Assembly: GCA_951406725.2 (NCBI GenBank)
Contig: OX597816.1
Coordinates: 152,520,001-152,584,000 of the forward strand
DNA: 64,000 bases
Reading direction: 5' to 3'
Origin: Octopus vulgaris
Lineage: Eukaryota
The notes below the pieces were generated by a model. The model searched no databases, was not told where the DNA came from, and worked only from the letters and a program-made list of their open reading frames with translations. The position numbers were made by a program, and so were the translations under genes. Each line of letters begins with the position of its first letter. The first letter of the stretch is position 1. Positions 26,831 through 40,697 of the stretch are shown piece by piece.

Positions 26831-28437
26831 AAACTCCCTCATACCCCAAAATGGGCTAACAACCAAGAGAAAAACATATGCAGAAACGGTGATATGAAAT
26901 CCCACCATTCTGAAAGAAACAACAAAAAAGAATGTTATACAAAAGTACAAAATCATAGTGGTTTTATTTCCAGCAAGACAGGGCACCTCCACACTACCTA
27001 AGTAATTTAAGGGCCCACTTTAATAAGATTTTTCCAAACAGGTCTATTTGACGAAGAGACAGAATTTCCCACGTATTAAGTAGATATATATATATATACA
27101 ATATATATCTTGGCATTATATCACAAGAATGTTATGCAAAAGTACAAAATCATAGTGGTGCTCCAGCATGGCTGCAGGCGCATTGCTGAAACGAATAAAA
27201 GAGTAGTTTTTATAAGGTTCAATAATAAGGGATCAACCTCGAGCGTGTTGACCTATGATTAAGCTTCTCAACTGTGACCAGCACATGTTGTTAAGGCATA
27301 GTGTATCTAGAACTATATTAGTCAATTTTTTCTTAAAGACACTTCGTCACAGTTTGAGGGAGATTTAGCTGCGACCCTTAGAGAAGTCAGGCGAGCACTT
27401 AGCAGCTCTGTTGTTGGCTTGACAAATGTCGATGCCTTGTTATTGTTTTGACCCATGATCAGAAGATTTTGAACTACAACTACCCTTCTTTATTTAAGAA
27501 ATAGTGTAATTTGAGTAAGATTTGACCGTTATTTCTAGCAGGTAGACCAATCAAGTAGATAGTCAGTCATTGACTCGGGAGCATTATTTTTTCCTTTAGG
27601 AACACGCTCTCTCTATTTTTCAGTCATTATGAGAAATTATCAATGTTATAAGCGGGAAGGGATAAAATGCATACATTTAAAAAATTTGTTTCTGATTTCA
27701 TATATAATATCGACTATTAAAAGCAAATTCTGGATGGAGTTATCTACCTTTGATACTAACTACGATGTCACTCTTTGCACAAAGTTTATTCACGAGCGAC
27801 GCAATACTAAAAGAGTTATATTTGCCCAATAATGTTTGATTTTCTTCTTGCTGGACAGTTCGTGGAGAACTAAATTACCCACCGACATAACATTCGACAT
27901 CTTTTTAAGCACATCTACGCTAAGAGACAAACCTTAACGATAAGCAGAGGCAGCACTATATAATTAGCAACAGTTTCACTGGAAGTACAATTCGGAATAT
28001 AAATGCTACAACGATTGACGTTTTCTGCACGATTGATTTCACCAGTTTAACTTCGTCTAGATAAATACATGAACAAGACATATTTGTGTTTTGTTTTTAG
28101 GGCAGTCACCTGGATTATGAGAGTCACATCTCTTTTTATAAGTATACGTCCCATATGCATTACGCACATATACACACACACATACACATACATACATTCA
28201 CACATTCACAGAAACATACAAAACAATTTGCATAAATCTATCTATATGTCTGTCTGTCTATGTACCTCTGTATATGTATGTGTGTGTGCTTGTATATAGA
28301 GATGTCATCCATATTAACACATAAATCAATATTCATATATTTTGTGTATGTTTGTGTACATGTATATGTGTGTGCATGCTTGTATGTGCATATGTGTGTG
28401 TATTGATATATATATGTATATATGTATGCGCTATATA

Positions 28438-28493
<56 letters not shown>

Positions 28494-28531
28494 AATATAT
28501 ATATATATATGTATATACATGTATATGTATA

Positions 28532-28603
<72 letters not shown>

Positions 28604-29410
28604 ATTTGTATATACTTATGTGGATGTGTACGTGCGGGCTTGTGTTATGAGGCGTGTCATATTGCAAGTGTATAGTAATAGCCCTTGCTTGCTAAGAATA
28701 TAAGAATTTAGGTCAGTAGATATTCTTTCTTTTCTTCGTCTTTTCTTTAATATTTTTACATATTTATTTTTTTGAATAGACTCTCTTTTCTATTACCAGC
28801 TTGTTAAATATATTGTGACGATTTACTATTACGCTTTAACACAGTATAGAATAAACAAAAAAACTTGTACATTGCTTAATGGAGGCACCGTCGATAATCA
28901 TTCAGTCTCACGAGCCAACGAGGGAGCAGCTACACGTCGCGTAATATGCTAGAAATACTACCGAGACGCCCTCAAAATTACACAAAAAGTCAAAGACAAA
29001 AACAAACAAATACAAAAATAATGTGGTCGTGGGTGGACTGTATCCTGGAGAAGTAAGATAGCATAGTTATACGTTTTGTCATTGGTCTACTCGACCACTG
29101 AAATCTTGGGCCAAGCATTTAAAAGTTTTTATCCTTTAAAGAGCAGACTGTGTGATCTAGGGAGGTTTACTTGTGCTTTTTTTTTTCGGTGTGGAGTAGT
29201 ATGACAGGTAGAATGGGAAATTAGGGAAAAAGATAAAAAAGAATATCTCATATGGTTATGAATTTCCTTTCGTAACCAGGTGGTTTCAAGTTCCATCCCG
29301 CTGCGCGGCACCCTGGGCAAGTACACATAAACTCTAAACCTCGTCTTGGCTTCTGTTTTGTAAATAGAATTTTTGTAGACTAACACTACATTAGCCTGTT
29401 GTGTGAGCAC

Positions 29411-29499
<89 letters not shown>

Positions 29500-30390
29500 C
29501 AGTGTGTTTGGGGGTAAATTTGACAACTTCATGTCTCTCCTTTCCAGGAACAGCTTCATGTACTGGTGAACAGTCAACGGCGTTGAAGAAATGATTAAAA
29601 TTGTAGCTCGTTAGCTCACACGGAGGACTAGAAGCCATCTGGATATTGGAAAAGAGTTACTTGTATCATGGCGATTCGCGCCGGATATCAAAATGCCGAC
29701 ATTATGACTGCTGCTCAATGCTCTGTGAACACTGTAGAGGCGGCAAGACATGATATGAACAGCTGCAACGAAGACTATGCAGCCGTGGCTATCAGGAAGG
29801 GACACAGCAGGCGTTCAAACAGCGTCCGCACACTGGAGTTCACTTTTCACCTCTCTGAACAGGGACTTAGGCTAAACTCAGACTGCAATTTGAAGCTGAT
29901 GGAGACTGTCGTCAACACCTGGCTGGAAAGGTTTGCTACTGGAAAGCCATGTGTGGCAGCGGGATTCTTTTCCTTGCCATACCTCCAGGAAGAGTCAGAA
30001 GTAGTTGTCGAAGAATTTCTACGACTTTATCAGATGCCAACTTTTGGTTTCTTAATATCTTCGATTGTAATTGGATGGGTTACTACTATGTGTGGGCTGT
30101 GGTTGAGAAATACACTAACTACTTTGCCTGTATCACCAAAGCCGAGCTGGTGACCAAGATGAAGGAAGTGTTCGAAGCTCGTCTCAGGGATACAGTGAAG
30201 AAAACATGTCAATTTTGGAATCCGTGTTTGAGTCTGTGGTAAAAGCTGAGGGTGGCTAATAAGAGTAAACTGTTATCTCCCGGCCATAAGCTAGTTGATA
30301 TTTTTGGAATACTTTTATTTTTGAATGAGATATTTGTGCTTTCGTATCCTTCTTTGCAAACCGAGCATAAATTATTTCTCTAAATCCTTG
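29500..30390 (+). mobile_element. Decayed, internally deleted Tc1/mariner-superfamily transposon
   Basis: Fragments AIRAG..NADI, W(Q)RDS..CH, and FW.LNIFDCNWMGYYYVWAVVEK (degenerate WPP.SPD.NP.DY.VW) in shifting frames. Confidence 0.65.
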
Positions 30391-30772
30391 TTATAGTATC
30401 CATGTGAATGGATTTAGGACTGACTAGTTTGTATGGATATAGAATCGTATAATTCATAACATATATATATATATATACACACATATATAGTAATAATAAT
30501 AATCCTTGGATTGAATTTATGAACATTTAATGCATCACTACGCGTGTTTCCACAAATCACATGTCTCTTAAGATCAGAGTCCGTATTCCTGGGATAATTG
30601 CAGTGTAGTTCGTAGTATCCCTGGGCATCGGGTAGATCATCTTTATGGATTATTTCTTCAGACGATATAACATTAATAGATGTTTGCCAGAGAGATGTTT
30701 ATCCCTTTTGACCAGTACATATTCAAAACGTTTCCCGTAAACAAATTTAAAAGATATATATATATATATATA

Positions 30773-30815
<43 letters not shown>

Positions 30816-31362
30816 GGGATGCATTCCAGAAGTTTTCAGACATTTTCAAGGGAGACATTTGATAATTTCAAATATCTACAAAATTCCAATCTCCCTCAAA
30901 GTAGGACCCGCTGACTTCAACGCATCTGTTGTAGCGCTCAAGACACTTCGTAAAACAGTACAGAACGGAAATCCAAAGACACTGGGATGAGGTTCTCCAG
31001 CATGGCCCCAGTCTTTGGCTGGAACCAGTAAAAAATGATATACATACATATTAATACACACGCACACACATTTCCCCTTGAACCATATTTTATTATGTAC
31101 TTTCATATATTTCTGATTCTTTGATTTTCAAAATTTAGTCTTTTGTCCTTTGGCTTTATTGTGTTTATCTTCTGTTTCGTTCTCTGGATTTGCATTGATC
31201 TATGGTCATTGCTCCCTTTAAAAAAATCGTAAATGTACTGCTGAGTATATCTATCGCCTATGGATATATTGGATCAGCTTGCTTTCTATATAGAACTGAT
31301 GCTTTGATCTACCATACTTCGTTCTCAAGAGACTGAGATCAAGTATATATATATATATATAC

Positions 31363-31473
31363 ACTACACTACACTACACCATACGACACTACACTACACC
31401 ATACGACATTACACTACACTACACTACACTACACCATACGACACTACACCATACGACATTACACATCACATCA
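31363..31473. repeat. (ACACT)n / ACACCATACG minisatellite
   Basis: Directly visible. Confidence 0.9.
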
Positions 31474-31694
31474 TATATACATACACACGTCCAGACCTTT
31501 CATACGCACATACATACTCTCTTATACACACACGCACCCTTATGTTGGAGCGAGGTCACTTGACCCTGTTATCTCCCCTACTATCCCTCTAGCGTCTAGC
31601 GTCTGATCTCTGACTTCTGGCTGAAATCAGAACGCCATGTTGAATCGTTAGCTCCTGCACGCATTTTTTTCTCTCCTTGTTTCTTTTCTGTGTA

Positions 31695-31732
31695 TCTTTC
31701 TGTCGAAGAGCGTAGGCTCGAAACGTAAAAGA
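31695..31732 (+). ncRNA. Ultra-short hammerhead-like motif (A6U substitution) in a short dispersed repeat
   Basis: tcttt-CTGTCGA-a-gagc-gtag-gctc-GAAAC-GTA-aaaga. 5-bp stem I, 4-bp stem II. Related motif at 63535-63571. Confidence 0.55.
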
Positions 31733-32374
31733 CTTGTCTTATTTCTATTCCTGAGCACCATACTAATGCAATTGTTTGTTTGTACTCCACCTGCCTTCGT
31801 CTTTTGTTTATTTTCGTAAACCTTCCCGTTATGTATGTATGTATGTATGTATGTATGTATGTATGTATGTATGTATGTATGTATGTATGTATGTTGTGCA
31901 TGTGTGCGCATGTTTATGATTACTGGCTCAAGTCTGGATACTGAGTGGCATCTCTTTATATAAAGAAAGCATAACTTAGCGATTCGATTAACGATGATCA
32001 ATGAAATAATTATCACCTTGAAATAGTTACTGCATCGGACCAAATTCCTTGAGAGCGGGGCTCGATCAGCTTTGCTGCCCACTGATTGAAAGCAGTAAAA
32101 GAAGAACTGATACCGAATATTTATGGAATGTTTTGTCGTTTTCCTATTGAGTGTTCGAAAATAGAAGTTATAAAGAGTAAAATGAAGTGATATAAGTAAG
32201 AATAGAACCGGTGTCGTAGTAACAGAAGAGAAGTGGGGTCAACCGCCACCCTGCGATGCTCACATCTTTTTGTCAACTTTAATTCTTACACCATTTGCCA
32301 ATTCTGTTATGTTCGTTGGAAATGAGACCTGGCAAATTATAATAACCAATATGTAGTTTGGAAATCCAAATGCT

Positions 32375-32418
<44 letters not shown>

Positions 32419-32546
32419 TTCTTTCTCTCGCTCCTATGTGAAATGTCACATCATGCGCTCAAATTTCAACATAGTGTCTGGCTTTAGACATCAAGTTGAA
32501 CCTGATGCCTTTTCCCTTTTTACAGCGGTTCGAAATGAAGTTATTT

Positions 32547-32618
<72 letters not shown>

Positions 32619-33477
32619 CAGTAGTTGTTGTTGTGGTAGTGATGGTGGAGGTTTCAGTGGTGATGATGATACTAGTGGGGATGGGAAGGTGTGATGCCCT
32701 GTTCTCAGTGAACCATGCCAGGGAGATGATTTTTAGTCTTATTTATTTTGGTAAGCCTACTTTCCCCTTACTTAACAATCAGGAGTATTGTGTCAGTGTT
32801 AGAAAGATGTACATGCACCACAGGATATAGAGGTAAGCTTAAAAGTCAGAGGCATGTCGAGATTTTGACCTACTTACAATATTTTGTGGTCGCCTTCATT
32901 TCACTATGTAACTAATACTCTTCAAAAAAGCATAAGCATTGCGTAACGACCATGTCGCCTTCCACTTTATACTGTCACTTGTCACTACATAAGGAAACAT
33001 TATTATATCAGATAAATTCCATCGGAATCAACTTTCACTTATATTTCTGCGGTGTCAATAAAATAAGTACCAGACGATCCAACGATAGAGCCTGTTCGAG
33101 GTTGCTCGTCTAACTTGAAAAGACAAATTTCCCTCAAATGATACCTTGTCTTAGAAAAAGATAATTTATTCCCCGCAAAAGATGGTTATGTCCGCGATGT
33201 CATTGTTTATAGGTTTACTTGAAAACTGACGATATGACCAGGGCTAAATAACAGCAAGAACAGCAGCAAAAATAAGAATTAACCTTGTGGTGGAAGTTGA
33301 AAACGACTGAACAATTTCTGGGCTTTTACTGAGGTGAGAAATCAAGGTTATAACAGTCGAATGTGCTGGAATAAAGGTAAACTCGCAACGATTTGAAAGT
33401 GTGAACTAATTTACATTCTCCCAAATGAAATTACTTCCTTTCATTTACAACAAGGCATCAACGGTATAAATGATCAT

Positions 33478-34120
33478 CTCTCTATATAAAATTATTTGTT
33501 TGTCTGCCTGTCTGTCTATTCCTAATGCATTCTCAAACGGCTCAACCAAATCAAATTAAATTTTACATGGTAATAATATCAGATCCTATGAGTGTCAATA
33601 TGTATTTTTTTTTTCATTTTGATTTAAACAATACAACATTGGCACTGATTCAGTATTACATATCAAAAGTGAAAAATAACATCTGTATTGTAATGTGATA
33701 TAACATTGCTTCACTTTTAGTTCTAACGCGATAAGACTGTAATATTATTTCACTTTTATTCTTTCACTTTTAATTCTAATTATATCCTAATGTGAACAAC
33801 ATTACGCATCGGCAGCGGAATGGTGTGTCAATGTATGTGTGTTGACTGACATAACGAACGGTTGCAGGCGAAACTCTTGACAAAAAACAGTGTGGTGGCA
33901 GGTCCAAGGTATATAAAAATAAACATTTACCGTTCAATCATCAGTTAATAATTATCACAGCAGTTGCAAATTTACCGTTAAATTAGCAGTTGATACATGT
34001 GCTTCTATTTGGTTAATTTGCTTATATTTGGTCAATTTATACTGCATACAAAAATAAAGAATACTACATACATACGACTACTTACAATAGAGATTACTGT
34101 ATTATTTCCTCTATGTTCAT
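33478..34120 (+). mobile_element. Possible non-autonomous Helitron/Helentron-like element
   Basis: Starts tctctatataaaa...tgtttgtctgcctgtctgtct...caaacggctcaacc...aaattttacatgg, an opening I associate with such elements. 3' end not identified. Confidence 0.35.
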
Positions 34121-35301
34121 AGAATTTCCTTGTCGTTCTGTCTAAGCTGTTTAGTTCGTCTACTGTCCATGCGATTACCCCTGCTCCATATCTAAGGAGT
34201 GAAACCGCCCGGGTGTTGATAGCTTCGAGCTTATTCCGTCCGTTTAATTTCGTCTTAAGGATCAGTCTCAGTCTGCGCAAGTACTCCACCTTAAATTTTT
34301 CTGTCATTTCTTTCTCCATCAAATTATCCATTTCCAATATCACCAAATACTTATAGCCCGTCTCTTCTATCTGTTTCATAACCTCTCCCGACGGAATCGC
34401 TAGCCCATCCATACATTTGATTTTGCCTCTCTTCAAGACTAAGACACCACACTTTCTCAGTCCGAAATCCATTCTGATATCAGCACTGAAAGTATACACC
34501 GTATCAACGAGGGAAATGTATCATTACCATAAAGTTTGAGGTCAACCATGAATAACAAATGGTTGACGTTTTGTTGGCGGCTTTTGAATACATACCCAGC
34601 TATTGCTTTCCTCAGAATCACTGACAGTGGTATCAAGCACAGTACCTCTTGGAAGATGCCCCTCCTAATTTCTAATGTTCCTAAACTTTTTCCGTATGCT
34701 GTCAGGTCCGTCCTCCAATTTGCCATACTTTTTCCAAGTAATCGCTCAACATTCGATGCAATACCAAATAGGTTCATACACTCCATAATACAAGAATATG
34801 GGATCATATCGTACGTCTTACGATAATCGATCCATGACATGGCTAAGTTACTTTTCCTCCTCTTGCAGTCTCTGAGTACAGTTTTATCTACCAGGAGTTA
34901 ATCCTTGCTACCTCTGCACTTACGTTTGCAACCCTTCTGCTTATGTGGCAGGATTCCATTTTTTTCCAGATGTTCGTACATCGACTCTGCGAGTATTCCA
35001 GTCAATAACTTCCACATAAGTGGCAAACAGGATATCGGCCTGTAATTGTCTACCGTATTGCCTTTTTCAATGTTTTTCAGGTACGAACTGTCCTACTCAA
35101 TGTCAACCACTCTGGTATTACTTGGTCGGCATTTAACAAGGTGTTGAGCTGCGCAGATTTTCGTGCATGGCATTCACCAAATCTTTTGATATAGTAGCTT
35201 TAAGCTCTATCTGGTCCCGGGGCCTTCCAGTTGCTCATTTTTTTTGCTGATTACCTTCACTTCTCTAACTAAAATGAATAGTTCTGCCTGTTTTGGACAT
35301 A

Positions 35302-36593
35302 CGAGGGGCGTTCAATAAGTAATGCCCCTGACCCAATTGCAGTTGTTTGATCTAGCTGAAATTTTGCATGTGCAATTATTTATATCTCTATAGATTAAGT
35401 GGGAAATTACAGCTCTGAACTAATTGTGGTTTCTGATTTACAGGTGTTTGAACTGAGTCAGGTGTGAAATGGAGCCTGTTGAGTGTCGAGCAGGGATCCG
35501 GTTTTTGTATTTGAAAGGACGCACACCACGGGAAACTTTTGATGAAATGAAAGTAACTTATGGTGATGATGCCCCATCCTATGACCTTGTAAAACGCTGG
35601 CATCGTGAATTCAAACTTGGTCGGAATTCTGTGGAAACAGCTCCCAGATCTAGTCGCCCCCCTTCTGCCATTGATGAGGCATCTGTCCGTCAAGTTGAGG
35701 CTGCCATTTTGGAAGATCGACGCATAACTATTCGCCAAATAGTCCATGAAGTCAAGATTAGTACCGGGTCTGTGGAAACTATCATTCATGACCATTTACA
35801 TATGCAAAAGGTGTCTGCCAGATGGATTCCCAGGTTGCTCATACCTTTCCAGAAGCAAGAACGCGTCGAATGCTCGAGGATAAATTTGGAGATGTGCCAA
35901 GAAGATGAGTCAAAATTTTTCAAAAGACTGATTACACAGGATGAAACCTGGGTCCATCACTATGATCCAGAGACCAAAGCCCAGTCAATGCAGTGGAAGC
36001 GCCGTGACTCACCTCCTCCAAAGAAGGCAAGGGTGCAGCCCTCCGCTGGCAAGGTCACGCTCACAGTCTTCTGGGACCAGGACGGAGTAGTGATGACAGA
36101 TTTTCTGGCAAAGGGTACCACAATTACAGGAGCCTATTATGCTTCACTTTTGAGGAAATTAAGAGAAGCTATCAAAATCAAGAGGCGGGGCAAGATCAGC
36201 AAAGGCATCCTCCTCCTGCAGGACAACGCTCCGGTCCACAACTCGCGTGTCGCCAGATCAAAAGCACAGGCGTGCGGCTATGAACTTCTCCCCCATCCCC
36301 CTACTCTCCTGACCTTGCACCCTCTGATTTTCACCTCTTCCCACCCATGAAGTTGTTTTTGAAAGGAAAGCGTTTACCAGATGATGCAGCCTTGATTTCT
36401 AAAGTCACGTCGTGGTTGGAGGACCAAGCTGGGGTCTTCTACAAAAACGGTATCCAGAGCTGCATCAAACGATGGGAGAAATGCGTAACTCTGGGTGGTT
36501 CCTATGTAGAAAAAGACTAATAACTGTGCCGAGTTTTGTTGCTCTACTACTATGGGAAGTGGGTCAGGGGCATTACTTATTGAACGCCCCTCG
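35302..36593 (+). mobile_element. Full-length mariner DNA transposon (1292 bp)
   Basis: Perfect 34-bp TIRs cgaggggcgttcaataagtaatgcccctgaccca (35302-35335 / 36560-36593). TA target duplication on both sides. Confidence 0.97.
35469..36520 (+). CDS. Mariner DD34D transposase; one apparent 1-nt deletion in a C-run at ~36297-36301
   Basis: HTH N-terminus, WIPRLL, ITQDETW, LLQDNAPVH. After the shift the frame reads YSPDLAPSDFHLF...KRWEKCVTLGGSYVEKD-TAA(36520). Confidence 0.93.
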
Positions 36594-36719
36594 TACTACT
36601 GTTTGTTTCAGCTCTTCAACCATTCAGCATTCTTCTTGTGTTCCTTGTCTTTGCCGCAGATGTCACTCCAAAACCTTTGACTTTCAATGTTATCTGGTAT
36701 CAACATGTTATTGGTCGAA

Positions 36720-38340
36720 AGTTCTTTGGATTTTTCGTATCTTCAGTTTTTGATTGAAGGTATGTTGTCCCTTCGGTCATCCAGGCTGGTATTGGCTCTG
36801 GGTTCTGGATGACATCAGTTAGGGATGCAGCAAAATGTTGGTGTATTTTTGTCAAACAATTCTGCCAGAAGTTAGGGATCCGGTCCAGTCCCGGGGTTTT
36901 CCATTTGTGAGACTTTCTAAGAACACGTCTTTGTGAGACTTTCTAAGAACACGTCTTAGGTGGCTCCTTTACTTCTATCTTGCTTTTGCCAATTTCCCTA
37001 TAAAATTTCTATGCATCAGGAATGGAATGAGCCGTCGGTCAATCGGGCTCTACCCGAAGGCCCAGAGCTCTCAGGGGCCTGCATTCTACTTGTTAACTCT
37101 ACTCTGATATCAATTCTAAGGGGCCCGGTAAACAGTTATGCTCTAGAGCCCTTAACACTCTCAATTCACCCCTGCTTTGCATCCGTTTTGAATACCTTGT
37201 TTTGTTGATAAGATTTGATTCTCTTGTCATACATTCTGAGCCATTAGGCTTTCAGTTGTGTTCGTTGTTTCACTATTTCCTTGGTTGATACATCCGCCTG
37301 CAGAGATTCGATATTTTTTTGTATTGCTACTTTCCACTTAGGAGGTCTATTGACATGGTTGGTTCTTTTCCGTGTCCTGGTATCTAGTTGCGCAGTTACA
37401 ATTTTAGCAGCAGAATAGATGAGGTTATTTCAGGTTCTTAGGTAATTTCCTTTATTTCTTAAGATCTGTCTAAGAGCAACATTATATATCATGATTGTGT
37501 TGTTATTTTCATGCTGTTTGAGATCTTTGGTAGCGGTTCTCTATTGATAATGCTAGTAAATTCAATCTTGCTGAGTTCTCTCATATCTTCTTTATTATTC
37601 ACCTCAAATTCTGTGTCATATCTATTCTGATGTTCTTGAGGCAGATCTACTTTCTCCTCTTTTTCCGCATATCTGTTTATCGCTATTCTTTCTTCAGCTC
37701 CCTCGTTGGGATGTACTACTCGTACACTGGGTTCTGTGCATCTGTTATCCATTTCGTCTGCATTGTTGCTGTTTTCATTTGGTCTGCCATGACATATTTG
37801 CGTCCTAATTTGGCTAATTTCAGTGCCAGTTATCCTTTTATTCTCAATGATGTCTCTACGTACATTACTTAATTTAGTTGCGTCTATATATCTGCGTACT
37901 TCGTTACCATGAAGTGTATTTGTACAATGAGGTTATTGTTTGGGCTTAGTTGGGCTGTATAGAAAGCTTTCAAAATATCTCTGTAATCCTCTCTAGTCCA
38001 TTTTATGCGGTTTGCTTTAGGTGGTATTTTTGGTGATGTCACTACAGGTTTAGGGTTAGGGTTGTCTTGGTTCTGGTTACCCGGTAGTTCGTTATTTTGA
38101 GTTTGTTCCAGAAGCAGATTTTTCGACCCCACTCTGGTTCCCCACTGGGTAACGCGGTCCTTGTCCCGGGCGATGACCGATCCGGCACGAGTTTTGGTTT
38201 GTCATTAAAGTATTGACGGTGACAATAGGAAACGGGTCTGTTTGTTCAGGGTTGACTTTTCGACACGACACCGCTTCCTCGTTTTTGAATGGATATATTT
38301 GTCATATCGTAGGCTGATAGAAGGAAAAATCACCGCTATT
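36720..38340 (-). mobile_element. N-terminal portion of another decayed RLE-type LINE
   Basis: NRIKWTREDYRDILKAFY N-terminal motif, NLIYSAAKIV, and KWKTPGLDRIPNFW near 36870-36905. Confidence 0.7.
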
Positions 38341-38872
38341 TTTTTTTTGGTAGCTATGTTTCGGGGCATAACTATTTAGTGATGTTTTAAACTGAGTGAC
38401 TAATTTCCTCCTTTTTATATTCGTTTGTGGGAAGTTGCTTTGCTTTTGTTTGGTTCGGGGGCGCTCGTGATAGTGTTTTTCCCTTATTTTCTGTGTGTAT
38501 ACATGTGTGTGCTATAGACATTATTTATGCTGCTTGTAGATATTAGCAAGTGCGCATGGGTGTATGGCAATTGCATATATAAGTAATTATTTAATCTACG
38601 TACTTACTAATCGGTGTGTTTGGTGTATTTTCTCCAGGGTTCCTGGTGCTGGTTTCAACGTCTTGCGTATATCACATAGAAATATTGCGCATTTCAGAAA
38701 GAAACTACACTGTAACAAAAATCTTTCCGATTTTTTAGTTCCTTCGCTTTAATAACTTTCCCCACAGTTGTATCGCGAAGTTTTCCTTCCATTGCAGCGA
38801 TGTTATTGGATTAAATTTGTTTTGTAGAGAGAGCTTCTTAAAGTACGTCCATGCTGTAATTTAGCCAGGAGC

Positions 38873-38939
<67 letters not shown>

Positions 38940-39980
38940 GATGAAAACTCTCAGCTTATTTTGTTGGGTATGAGAGAAAGTGTTAGCTGTCTATAGCCAG
39001 CAGATTAAGGCGACACTTGGTTACTGGTCATACTTCAAGAATCCCCTGAAAAATTCTTCCAGTTCCAAAGCAATGCTGATTTTTGTAGGTGTTCTATTTT
39101 TACATTTGTACCAATCTTTTTGAGCCATGTTAGTAGTTGAGTACTGATACTTCCAAAGCTGAGTTCTGATACTTCCAAGTATCACGTCTGCTCTCTATCG
39201 GTATCACGTCTACTCTCCTCATAGACCACAACCTTCGTATTGCCCACTTCAAATCATCGCAGTTATTTTGATTTTCTCCTTCTTTCTCTTTGATCCTGTT
39301 GTCACTGTTGTATGCTATGTCGATTATCAAGCAAGTTCTTTCTTTTTTATTCACAACAATAAAGTCCGGTTTCCGATGTCTGGTCATCGCACTGGATCAA
39401 TGCATCCCACAGGATTTTGCTATCTCCATTCTCGGTGACTCCTTTTGTTTATAACATGTCTTTGCTTTTTGTAGGCTGTGATTTCCACAGAGCTCCCAAT
39501 GGATCATACCTTCCACATTATCATGGCGTCTTTTGCAATCGCGCTGTGTCCGTTTTGAACATTCGCTAACGATGTGCCATATCATTTCACCCCTCTCACC
39601 ACACATTCTGTGTTTTTTTCATTCTGCACTTCATATAGTTGGTCCTTAACTCTTGTTCTTGAGCTGCGCATATGAGTGATTCTGTTTCTATCTTCAGATC
39701 ACTCCTCCTCATCCATAACCACCGGTCTTCTGTATCTGTCTTGGCGTTCGTATCTCTTGCAAACTGACCGTACATTTTTTCCATGCTTTTTCCTTTTTTT
39801 GTGTTCTTTTCCTGTTAAGTCTTTCTTTCTTAAAACAATTATCAATTTTAATAAATTAGGCTTTCTCCATACGTTTCAACAATGGTTCCACGGTATTTTT
39901 TTTACATACCAGCCTATGCTGTTTTCATCTGTTTCGATACAATCCCCTGGCAACTGATCAAACCTCTCCCACCCTTCCTT
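38940..39980 (-). mobile_element. RLE-type LINE 3' end (CCHC knuckle + PD-(D/E)xK endonuclease + 3'UTR) ending in (TAA)n
   Basis: LKIETESLICAAQEQ, MCGERGE..WHIVSEC, RRHDNV, RKPDFIVV..K..TCLIIDIA. Confidence 0.88.
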
Positions 39981-39984
39981 TATT

Positions 39985-40524
39985 ATTATTATTATTCAGT
40001 AGTTTTATTTTTATTTTTATAGCGTGCTTTCACTTCACTACCGAGCGCAGCTCTGTGTGCCTTGGGTATGTGCTGTGATTTGTTGTGATGCTCTGATGGT
40101 TATTGTATGGAAAGTGTTCTGCGTAGGATGTGTGCAGTACCTAGTAGTGCAATTTTCTGTATGTTATATGTGTTTGTAAGTCCTGGTGTTTTTGTTATGT
40201 ATTTGTCTGAATATTTTTTTATCATGCCTAATGCACCTACTATGATAGGAATTGTTTCTATTTTCAGATTCCACATTCTAGTTACCTCTATTTCCAGGTC
40301 TTTGTATTTTGAGAGTTTCTCCATTTCTTTTAGAGACACGTTGTCATCAGCCGGTATTGATACATCAATTAGAAAGCATTTTTTTTCTTCATGGTCTCTG
40401 ACAACTATATCTGGTCTGTTGGACTTAATTTCTCCATCTGTGTGTATCGGCATATCCCAGAGTATGGTTGCTTTCTCGTTTTCTGTGACCTTTTCTGGTG
40501 TGTGCCTATACCATCTTTTTTCTG

Positions 40525-40528
<4 letters not shown>
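39985..40528 (-). mobile_element. RLE-type LINE 3' end, young copy with open endonuclease frame (40100-40528)
   Basis: ILWDMPIHTDGEIKSNRPDIVVRDHEEKKCFLIDVSIP...EKLSKYKDL...IPIIVGALG...IQKIALLGTAHILRR. (TAA)n on both sides. Confidence 0.92.
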
Positions 40529-40604
<76 letters not shown>

Positions 40605-40607
40605 ACA

Positions 40608-40683
<76 letters not shown>

Positions 40684-40697
40684 TTATTATTATTATT

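Larger units (their letters stand above)
34125..36715 (-). mobile_element. RLE-type (R4/Dong/NeSL-like) LINE RT region, decayed, split by the mariner insertion
   Basis: [89 protein letters not shown]. Confidence 0.88.

Noticed and set aside
37030-37175. GGGCCC-rich segment ending cacccctg, MITE-like
   Set aside because: Only one plausible terminus visible and no TSD.
38130-38340. Possible HDV-like ribozyme at the 5' end of the RLE LINE
   Set aside because: Could not assemble the nested double pseudoknot by eye.
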